DNA of 64,000 nucleotides. Source: a virus. Every line of letters starts with the position of its first letter. Position 1 is the first letter of the stretch. This document shows, in pieces, positions 7,703-19,700 of this stretch. The notes beneath the pieces were generated by a model. The model was not told the DNA's origin and did no database searches. It was given only the letters and a program-made list of their open reading frames with translations. The position numbers and the translations under genes are program-made. The stretch lies in the IMG/VR virus record IMGVR_UViG_3300001847_000440; one strand, 5' to 3'.

Positions 7703-10700
7703 GTTTTACCCTTCTGTTTAACTTCATCTTTAAGTTTGTCTGCCTCTGTCTTTTCAGAGTTTACTGATATTCTCTTTATACGTGATTCTGAGCCTGTATG
7801 GAAAATAGTATATTTAGCACCTATCTCATTAAGGTATTCAACAAACTTAGAATCTACACCTGGCATATCACCTACTACAAAAGATGCACCTCTTGAATGA
7901 GCAGCATTAATATCGTATTTAGTAGTACTATTAAGAGGTTTATTACCAGACTCTGCATTTCTAGCAAGCATTATTACTTTAGCTTCATTTACATTGACTG
8001 CAACACCTTGTTTGTTATTTTGTGGATTACCACGTAACACCTTATTTTTTTGACTATTATCAGATATTGTGTTCCAAGATGTTTCTGTAGATGTTTCACC
8101 TATTCCTTTAGTTCTAAGACTTTTCATTGAGTCATCTACAGTTGTATATTTTACTTCACCTATAAAACCATCAGATACCTGTCTCATAGCTGCATCTTTC
8201 CCATCTCCTTGTGGAGTACCTTTACCTGCAGTACTGTACCCACCTTTATAATCAGGTAAAGTACTATTAATAGCTGTACCTGCTGCAGGGAGATTTACTT
8301 GTGGCCTTGTTGCTTTTGGTACATCAGGTGAGTCAGAACCTAGATACTCAATGTTAGATTTAGGAAGATTTACTTGGTTTATTGCACTTTGTCCCTCTGG
8401 ATTTGTAGCTTCTCTTACCCATTTATCTGTCAGTTCTAGTGCTGCATATCCTCTATTTAATACAGATGGTCTTGGTTCTTCATAGTGTTCTTGTAATGCA
8501 TTACCATCACCCCATGGATTAATTTCTTTATAGGCATATACTGGATTACCCCTTTTATCATAAGTTATTACAAAAGGACTCTCCCCAGATTCATCCATTA
8601 CCTGTTGAAATAATCTTGTACGTACAAAAGAATAATCCTTCTTTTTAGCCATTTCATTTTTTTCTGCTTTAGTATAAGCAGTACCATCTGGCTTAGTAAC
8701 TTGATCAACTATTTTTACAACTGGATATCTACTATTTGCAGAAGCTGCACTTACCTTTAGTATACCAGGTATTTCATAGCCTTTATAAGCAGGTTGTGCA
8801 AGTACTTTCTTTAAATAGCCTTCTATTTTAGAATCATAATAAAAGTTATATTCAGTAGAAAAAGTCTCATAGTTAAAGTATCCTTGTATCTTTGGTACTA
8901 TATCAGAATCTCTGTAATTATTTCTATAAAAAGACATTGTCTTTTCAAAATTCATAGCTACTGGACTTTTTGGGTCTTTCATGATATCTAACACAGGTTG
9001 TACATACTTTATCCAGTCTTCATTAGGTATCATTTTGGCATAAGATTCTCTTGTATCTTTGACACCTGATTGTAAAAGTGCTGTATATAATATTTTCTTG
9101 TATAGTTCAGCAGTATTTGGATTATCTCTTAATTCTCTAAATGCATCTGTAATAGAATCTGATTCTAATGCATTATCAGGTTTCATTATAGTAGTCACAT
9201 TTTTTACAGCCTCTGGGTTAGAAGTTAGTTTCACACCAATAGAACCTAATCCTTCTGTAAGAAGAGCTTTAAGGTCTCCTTTTATGTTTGGGTTTCTTCT
9301 GATTTCTCCTAGTAACCTTGCTGTATTTGTCTTAGGATCAACCATTAATTCTTTTATACTTCTATTAAGAGGTTTAAAATTTCTTTCACCCACTGTTTCA
9401 ATAGCAAAGTTGATATATGTTGATAATATATTATTCATAATCTTTGCTCTTTTATCATCTGGTAAAAACTTATTAAAATCAGTAAATACCCTTGACATTT
9501 TTTCTACTACTTCTGCAGCACCAAGAGGAAGCATTTTATCTATTGCTCTCTTTACCTCTATAAGATTATTCAATATAACAGACTGCAGATTTTTTCCATC
9601 TTTAAACATTGCTACAGTTGTACCAAGTAAACCTTGTTCTTTAGCTACTCTATTTCTTTCTTGTTTAAGAACAATATTATTTCTACTTGTATTCTTCATA
9701 TTGTTCACATTATTGCCCATCTGTTCCCTCAAAGAACCACTTGTAGCAAGAGTAGTATATTTAAGATATTCAAAAAGTACTTGTCTTTGAAACTCTCTTT
9801 CTGCTTCATTCATTTCAGACATTTTTACTCCTCTACCTGTAAGTTCTAATCCATTGTATAATTCTTTAAGAGTAAACATTTCTTCACCAGGTGCAAGATC
9901 TGATCTTCTTGCAGTCATTTCTTCTTCACCTTGGTCTTTATATGTTGCTGAAAGAGTTCTTGCTATTATATCATCTCTTTTTTCTGCTACATCAGGGTCT
10001 ATACCTTTTAGAGTTTTATTTATTTCTAATTGTTTTATATATTCCTGTATAGATGGCTGGTTCATAAAAGTAAAGACATACTCAGGATCTACACCACATC
10101 TGCCTAAAAATATAGACGTAGATAAAACATCTTTGTTTTTCATTAACCTTATAAGCCACTTGTTTTTTACACCATCTACTGCACCATTTATAAGTTGAGA
10201 AATAAAATCAGATATGTAATTACCTATCCTGTTTTTTGAACCAGAATATGTAGTTACCATTCTGTCACCACGTTTTAACTGAGCATGTGGTAAATATATT
10301 TTAAAATCACCTAAAGATTTCCTTTCATACTCACTTGCAGTACCATTATCTCCTACTTCTACATAAGTACCCTGCACCTGTATATGTCCTGTGTTACCTA
10401 TAGCTGACATACCTACTACAGGACCTTTAAGATCAAGGTAATCCTGTCTTTCATTTACCAAATACATTATATCAGATAAATTGCTATAGTCAAAACCTTT
10501 ACTTTCATCTATAAGATTGAGAGCTTTATTGATTTTTTTCTCTATTGCAATCATCTCATCAGAATTATTTGGAGTAACCAACTGCTCATAGTTATCCGGA
10601 TGTGTAATAAGACGTTCCATTGTTTCAAAATACTTATTTTGAAGAGCTCTTTCACTATTAAGTTCCCAAGGATCTTTTATACCTTGTTCTTTGATACGTT

Positions 10701-13700
10701 TTTTAAATCTTTCAAAACTTTCTCCTTTAGCATCAAGAGCAGTTTCAAGTATCTCCTCTCTGTTCTTCTCACTTATAACACCTTGTTTAACAAGTTTATC
10801 TATTTTTTCCTCCTGTTCAGGTAAGTCTCTTTCTCTTTGTTCTTCTTTTCTTTGTTCCCAAATACGTTTTAATCCTTCTTCTGAAGAGATATCTTCTACA
10901 AATTCTATATACCTTGGGAGACCATTTTCATCTATAGTAAAGTTATAATTGTAAGTACCCATTTTGTCAATGTCAAAGTCAATACCTGCTTTTGCAACAA
11001 GTTCTGATGGTACTATCATTGTATCACCCATTGCATTAGGAGTAAAAAGTTCACTTTTTTCAAAATCAATCTTACCATTTTCCTTTAAAACTTTTTTGAA
11101 TGGTACTATTCTTACAGCATCTAAAGAGTTCATACCCTGAGTAGGCACACGAAAACCAACAGCAGCAAGTAATTTATAACCTTCTTTTGTAAGCTCACCA
11201 TCTTCAGTCATCAAATGTTTCATAAGTTCTGCATTTGAAGGAAGCTTTCTACCTGTTTTAGCTGCCCATTTTTCAAGAGCTTTTCTAAAATGATTAGGAG
11301 CATATACTTCCATCAAAGAAGTTCCTTTCTTACCAGTAACAGGATCTACCTGATCAGGTGTATAGAACTTAAGTTCAGATGATGATATAAACTCTTTTCC
11401 ATCTTTATTTATTATCTTACGAAATCCTTTTCTTTCCCAAAGAGTAGAACTGTTAAGTATATTATCAGTACCATTTAGTTTAGGACTAACTACATTTTTC
11501 TGTACATGAGACCATATAATATTGCTTAATTGTTCATAGTTAGGCATTGCTTCAATATCATACTTAAGTTTTTCTTGTCCTGTAAAAGAATCATATTCCC
11601 AATCAAGTGCTTCTGCAAGATTATCAGGAAGATCACGTTTAGTAATCTCATTTTTCAAAAAATCTATTACTTTTTGTTTATCAGAAAATTCATACTCATA
11701 ACCTCCTTCAGTTTTTACTTTATTAATACCAAGATTAAATAAAGTTCTATCTACACCACGGTTTGATATTTCTGATATAGCTCTGTTATTATCTTGAACA
11801 AGTGCATATTTTTCAGATGCTTCTCTTTTCTTTTCTTCTGTACCAAGGGCTTCCCATTCTGCTAACTTAGTATCATAATCATCTGTATCAATATCATAGA
11901 AGTCTGTAGGTAATCCATGTGACATTGCATTAGCAATAGCTATTGATTGAGCCTGAGAACCAATTGTTTTACCAGTTTTATCTTTAGCTGTCTCTACAAT
12001 CTTATTTATATCTTCCCAACCAATAGACTGAGCATGTTTATTTATTCTACTTTCATCTAAAGAACTAAGATTAAATATGCCTTTGCCTTTCTCTATTTTA
12101 TATAACTCAGGTGAGTCAGGAAACTTACCTACTTTTTCAGTAGACTCCGGTCCAAGATAACCAATCTTATTATCATGTGCCCACCAATAAAGATCTTCCA
12201 TTCCTGTGCCTTCTACAACATCATAACCCATTCTCATAACTGAGTTTTTTAATGAAAATGGAATATTCTGGTCCTCTAGTTTTAACATACCTACAGCTAA
12301 TGGTTTTTTTGGCTGACCAGTTGCCCATGTTTGAGGATTACCTTTATCTCTTATTTCCTCACAGGCTTTTCTAAGTTCTGGTCTTAGAGTCTTCTTTTCT
12401 GTCCTTCCATTTCTACCATTTGCATCAGCAAGTATAGCAATTGCCCTATTATACTGTTCTTGTGCCTCATCTTCATCAGTCCATGGGTCACTAGACCTTA
12501 TTACATATTGTTTCCAGGCAAAATCAGTAAGTATTCCACCACCATCCATATCTTCTATAGACTTGTATGGTTCAGCTAATTTTTTACCCTTTTCCTCTCC
12601 ATATTTCTCTATAAGTTTTTTCTCTATAGTACTATGGTAGGCAGAGTATATACCTTTGTCATGATTAAATATAAAACACTTTAACTCATCTGATGAACTT
12701 ACTTTACTAAACTCTCCATCATTAAGTACTACACCTCCTATTGTATTTTGTGTATTATTATACCACGTGTTAAACTCAGGGTCTCCAGAATAAGTACTCT
12801 CTGTACCTGATTGGTATAGTTTATGACGTTTTGTAGGATCACTCATCTCATACCATGGCCCATAAAACATTCTAGCTAATTCATTATTATGGAAGAACAG
12901 ATTCAGGTTTGCATATTCAAGAATATTTTTGACATTCTTTTCTGTAAAAGTATCTGTACCATACTCCATTCTTTCTGTAAAATCATTATTAATGTTAAAC
13001 CACTTATAGATTTTACCATCTTTATTTTCACCTGCTACACTGAGTAATCTACGGTCTACTAAGAAATCAAACAATGAGTTCATTCTTGCCTCTCTATCTT
13101 TCCAAAAAGCATCTTTTACTCTTTGCTCAATAGTTCTTGTTGTACCAGGTAAAATAGACTTCATAAAGTCTTCTGTGGTAACATCTTTTGGGTCTCTTGC
13201 ATAATCAGTTACAACATCCAGCAATGGTGTTGATTTACCATCTTTACCTAATTCTCTTGAAAGTATTTTTTTGAATACCTGTAAAGATGTACCATTCTTT
13301 TTAGATTCTTTAGTTACAATACGTTGATTGTTTGTATTCTCTTTAATAAGTTCAATTTCTTCAGACAGATATTGAATAGCTCTATCCTCTACTTTCTTTT
13401 TGTAAGATCCAGACTTATACTCATCTTTTGTTATAAAATGAGGTACCCTTAATCCTGACTCATTGCCTGAATCAGCAGGTATAAAATTGTAGAATATACC
13501 CATGCCTTTTTGTCCAAGAAGCATGTTAAGAGTAGTCATCATCCTACTACCTCTATTAAGAGTCTTGTTTGATGTATTATCTGTATTATCATTTATTAAA
13601 CCTTCTGTGACAGTCATCACAAAAGATTGACCTTCTTTTACTTCTTCTCTTATTGTACCATCTTCTTTAAATAATGGTCCTCCCTTTTGTATCCAGTAAT

Positions 13701-16700
13701 TATTTTTACTCCAGGTATCAGCAAATAATCTGGGTTGCAAATCTCGAAGTTTATCTATTGTACCTGCTTGTATTACACTTTGTACAAGTCTGTTAAGACC
13801 ATTGTACATCACATGATTCATTACAGCATTACCTTCAACATTTCTATGTGAAGTAGGCATTCTTAAATGTTCTGCTTTTGCTATAAGAGAAGTAAGTCTA
13901 TTAAGAGGCCCTTCCATATCAAAAGAAGCCTTTGTAATAAACATATCTGCTTTAAGCATAGAGTAAACATCACCAGCAGCTTTTCTTAAGTCTGCACCTT
14001 CAGACTTATTAAGTTTACTAAATATTTCATTTGTAACAGGTAAGTGAACACTTCTTAAAAAATCTATTACACTTGCATTATTAGTTGTGTCTACAGGTTT
14101 TATAGCTTTTTTATTAAGCTGATAGCCTGAATTTACATCATCTACTCTTGTAAGATGTGGACTATTTCTTATGTTAGAAAACCATTCTGCTCTTATTAAT
14201 TTTGTATCTGTATCAATATTAGAGTCAATTATATAGGTTCTACCATCTTCATCAAGTTTAACAGATACATAAGCAGGTTTCATTTTAGATGCCCACTTAG
14301 TAAACGATATTCTTAATCTATATTCATCTCTTGTTAATTGAGAAGCAGGTTTACCATATACAGCATCATATATTCTTACAAGTCCTGGTTCAGCAGCAGC
14401 CATTTCAAACATTCTCCTCTGCATTGCTTTTTTATCAGTAATACCTGCAAGTCCATTAAGTACCTTAACCATCATTTTTCTTGCATTTATTAAAGTAGGT
14501 AATTGCAAGTGGGTAAGATCAAACTGTATATTGGCTGTGTCTAAAGGTTGCCCAAAGTACTTATTTATATTTGGGTTCTTAGAGCCCTCTTTAGGCTGAG
14601 GAGAAAATGCAAATAATAATTTTACTTCTATAGGGGCACCACCAATAGCATCAATTCTCATATACTCGACATCATACCCCCTGTCTTTTACATCTTCTAC
14701 ATGATAGTCTTTGGTGTCACTATCTTCTTTATGATGCTTATCTTGTTGATCAAGCATATCTTCAGCCAGTGCTGCTTCTATAGCTTCCTTAGCTTTTTTG
14801 TTAGACATTTTTTCATCAAATACAATTTTGTACTTTCTGAAAAACTCTTTCATACCTCTTACTACTTCAGGTTTAAATGCAGTATTATCCTCATTAGTAA
14901 GCTTTAACCAAGTAGTAAGAGTACCAATTCTTCTTTGGTCTGCCTGCATTATAAGATCTTTCTGCCTATCATCAGCTTTAGTAACTCTAATGATATCCGC
15001 AGTTTTTGTAGCATTGTTATCCTTACGTGCTTTTATTTGTTCTGGTGTAAGTATTTTTTCTATTTCTGCTAATCTAATATTATGTATATTATCTTGAGCA
15101 AGTGGATTAGTATATTTATCTTTCATCCACTCATAAACTGGTTGGAACATATCTGATAATATAGTACCCTCTCCTACTTTCACAAGTCCACCACTACTTC
15201 TTCTTAAATTATCTATCATCTTCCATGCTATACCATGTATTGTAGCTTTCTTTTCCACTTCTGTCATACCTGCAATTTCCATTAAGACAGGTTGATCAGA
15301 TGTTCTTACAGGTAACTTGAAATTTTTGTAGTAACCAGATTTTACTCTATTAAATAACTCCTCTTGTGTAACTTTCTTGCCAAATAATTTTTGAACAAAA
15401 TTCCATAGTCTTCTAAAGAAATTAGTTGCTTTAGATGGAGAGCTAAAACGTGGGTCTTTATTTCTAAACAACCTAAAATCTTCAGCCATTTTTTCTCTTC
15501 TATCATATTCATTGGCTATGTACACTCTTTTACCATCTTTCTCAAAAAATCTTCTTCCACCTTTTTCGGTTTTAACTTCAATATCTTTAGGTGTACCATA
15601 ACTTATTGTTCTACCAAACCTATCTTGGTATGTTCCTTCTCTTGAGAAAAACTCTTCTTTTATGTCTTTAAGATCAGATGGAGAAAGAAAAGAGTCTTCT
15701 ACACCATGCCATTGCTCATGAAAACCTGCACCTTGTGGTGCTTCTTTTGCAACTTCAATATAGTTATTTAAGAATCTACCAAAGGCATATGTACCACTAC
15801 CATCTTTGATAATATGAGGTACTTCTTCATATGAAAACTGTGGTGTAGTTGCTTCTATAGCCAGCCTCTCCTCTTCTCTGTTACCTGGTTCATATAGTTC
15901 TGTTTCACCAGTTACAGCCATTAAACTTCCACCTACTCTACTAGAGTCTGCCTGAGCATCATACATATCAGCTAGTTCACTGGCACTAACACCATAATCT
16001 TGTGTGACTACATCAGCTACTACAGCACCTGCTACATCTACATCAAATGGAGGAGGCTCAGGCATTGGTTCAGGTGCAAGATTTGCAGGTGGTGTAGTTA
16101 TTATTTCAGCACCTTTAACCTCTTCTTTAGTACCTGGTTTATCCTCTGCCTCAAGTACAGATTTAATAATTTTACTTCTTCTTATTGTTTCATTTAAAGG
16201 GTCTCCATACTCTGATATATCTAAAACATTACCACTTTTATCTTTTAGTTCTCTTACTGCAACTATTAATTTACCTTTTGATATTTCTGCAATAAAAGTA
16301 TAAGTATTACCTTGGTCATCAGTATATGTATTAGGAGTTTTAAAGTCATAGACAACTCCTTCTTTTTTGGTAGGTTCCTTTTGTCCAACAGGTGCACCTG
16401 GTTGTTTAGTTTCTTCTGTTTTTTTTCCAGTCTCTTCTGGTCCAAACTGTGCACCTTTTTCTACACCTCCTTCTGTTGGTTCTTTTTCAGGAGCAGGTTG
16501 TTTAGCCGGTTTCTTTAAAGAAAAGAAATCATCCTTAAAATCAGGTACAAAATATTTATTAACAAGAGGACCTTCAAATTCTGCAGGTTCTTTCATGTTA
16601 ACAGTAAGAGGTATGTTTTCACGTTTACCATCTTGATCAGAAAGAAGATACTCTTCATAAGAATTCCACTTCTTTAAAGATGGTTTGCCTTCTTTGTCTA

Positions 16701-19700
16701 CAGTAAAACCTACAGGTATCTCACTCCAGGTTTCTCCCTTTTTAGATAGATTAAGGGCATTAGAAGATACACTATGAAAAGCACCTGACAACCACTCTTT
16801 TATTATATCCTTACTTCTCTCAACTTCTTCTGGAATAAAAGGTATCATTGTTACTTTCTTTTCACTTCCTATTCTGAAAGCAAGTACTTTACCCATATTC
16901 TTATCCTGAGATAGATACAACTGGTTATTTGCTATACCTGTTTTTTTATCTGTCTTAGAACTAAAAAACAATACTGAAGATAGATAATTAGTATATATAC
17001 TATCTACTTCACCATCTGCACGTTGATAATAATTATCAACCATTGCAGCTATTACTTTATACAAATGGTCTACCTGACCGGGTACTTCTCCAAACCTTAT
17101 TCCATTAAGAAAGGCAACATTATTGTTATTTACAAAAAGAGGATATCCAAGAGGAAAGTTAATAAGGTTATCACCTACTTTTACTGAGCCTACTCTTTTT
17201 CCCTCTAAACCAATAGTAGGAATTTCTATTTTACCACGTAAATCAGTGTTTGCTCCTAGTTTGGCTTTTTCTATTGATGTCTTATAGACTTCTCCTTCTC
17301 TATCATTTACAATACCCCTTGACTCTGAGTATTCATAATAATTAGGTTCCCCATCATAAGATAGTATTTTACCCCTCATCTCTTCTGCTTCTTTTAGAAG
17401 CATTGCTATTTCCTCTGCAGTAGCATCATATCTATGTTTATCCTTTCCTTCAGCCGTTACCTGATTTCTCTCAGGTTCTGCAGTCTCCATAAAACTGAAA
17501 ACTGCTTCATCTGTTGATTGAGTTTTATTACCTACTTCATTAAGTATCTTACCATTTTCATCTACATAATGAAATTTACCATTCTCTGCATCATGATATA
17601 CATGAAACAAAGCAATAGAGGCTCTTTTGTTATCAGTAGCATTATTTACAGTATCTGTACCAGAAGTATATGTTTCAGGTAAAAACTCTTTGTCAAAAAA
17701 TTTAGACTGATTGTTTCTGGTAACAAACATTACCAAAAGCTTACCATCTTTTGGAACATAGTCTTTAGGATTAGCATCTTTTGGAATAGGAAACCCAAGA
17801 TTACCATTTCTTATAAAACGGTTAACTCTATCTGACCAATTATTAAATTGAGCAGGAAAAGATCCCTTGGGCCAACCATTAGCAGGTCTTTGTTTGTGAG
17901 ATGGGTTTACTGTAGAATGAAATACTGTCCACACTGATTTTTTAGAAGAAGACCATTCTTCATTTGCAGCTTTTTGTGTTTCTTGAGGTGTGCCAACTAT
18001 GCCTTCTGCATTCTCACCTGATTGTATTTTTCCTTGTAAAGCAGCAAACTTTGCTTTGTAAACAGGACTATCAAAAAGTAATCTACGTTTTTCTTCTTTT
18101 ATGTAATCATCCCATACTTTCTTAAACCCATCATAGATTTCACTATCAATATTGTATTGTTTACCAAGCTCCTCAATATCACTATGAAGTTTATCTATTT
18201 CTTGTAATGCATTATCAAGATCTCTTCTTTTTGCAGGTATCTCCAGTTCTTCAAGTTCATCTATTTTCTTGAGTATATCCTGCATGTCTGAGATATAAGG
18301 AGCAGCTCCTTCTTCTCCAAGCATCTCTCTAGCCTGATCAATTTTTTCTGTAAGTGTATTACGAAATTGATCTAGTTTACTTATGTCAAAAGGTATATCT
18401 GGATACTTAGATTTAAAATCATCTACATAAGACATAAAAGTATCCATAGTACTTTTAATAACATCTCTTACCTTATCAACAAAAGAAGATAGTTGTCCTA
18501 TTTTTTTAGTAGAGTCTTCTATTGCAATTAGAGCTTCTGTACGAGAATCATCTATTGCATTCATCAAACGAAGTGGATCAAGAGACTCTTGGTAGTTATA
18601 GTTAGACAAATAATCTATCTCCTGTTCTAAATCATCTACTCTTTTTTGAATATTTTTTATATTATCTTCAGTATTATTTACAATCCTAGTGAGGTCTCTT
18701 ATAACCCCCATCTGTGTTTTAAGAAACTTCTTTGTTGCCTTTGTAAGATTTCCCCTGTTTTCTCTTGCTGGGTATTTATCAACTTCTTCCTGTGCTTTTT
18801 TTAGTTTTTCCTGTGCATCTTCTAATTTAAGCTTATTGTGTTCAAGGTCTTCTTTAGCTCTTTCATGTAAAGCTTTCTTATTTTGCAGTATTTCATCTAC
18901 TGCAATCATCCTATTAAGAAGACGTTCTTCTCTTCTTATTCTCTCTTTTTCTGTAGCTTTAGCCTCAATCCACTCCTTACTTGCTTTAGTTATTTCACCT
19001 ACCTGTTTTACTATAGGTTCTTTATGGTACAAAAGCTCTCCTTCTTTAGGTTTACCTTCTTCATCATAATACCAACCACTTCTTACAGGCTTACCTGTTT
19101 TTTTGTCTAAAATGGGTCTAGGAGAAAAGTCTTCTCTTTCTATTTCAATAGGTTTTCTTTTAGTGTCATCAGGTACAAACAGTAATTGATCCTTGTCACT
19201 ATCAAACTCAAGTCTACCTTCTATCTCACCACCTTTTTTCTTACCAAGGTTGTAAGTGAACTTATTATTGATGTTGTCAAAATAGAACTTTGCTGTTGCA
19301 TTTTCAGGTTTATTTAAAGAAGTTTCTGAACCTAATTTATAATTAGCAAATTTCTCTTCAGCTATATCTTGTTCACCATCTTCTGTACGAATAGTAATAA
19401 ATCTTTTTCTATCTTCTCCTTCACCTGTTATCTTCTCTCCTACTACTGTAAACTTAGAAAAAGCCCTAAATCTTTCAGTCTTACCATCTTCTGTTTTACC
19501 TGGTACAATCCTTGATCCTGCATAATAAGTCTCTCCTATTTTAAGATCAATTTTACCACCGGCATTCTTTGTTGTAACTTCTTTTATGTAATTACCAGGT
19601 ATAGTATCTGAGTCTTTAGCAGTTGTACCAACTCCAGGTACAACAGTATCTTTTACTGCATCAGAATATAGTTCTGGTTGCTTTACTAATTTCTCATATT

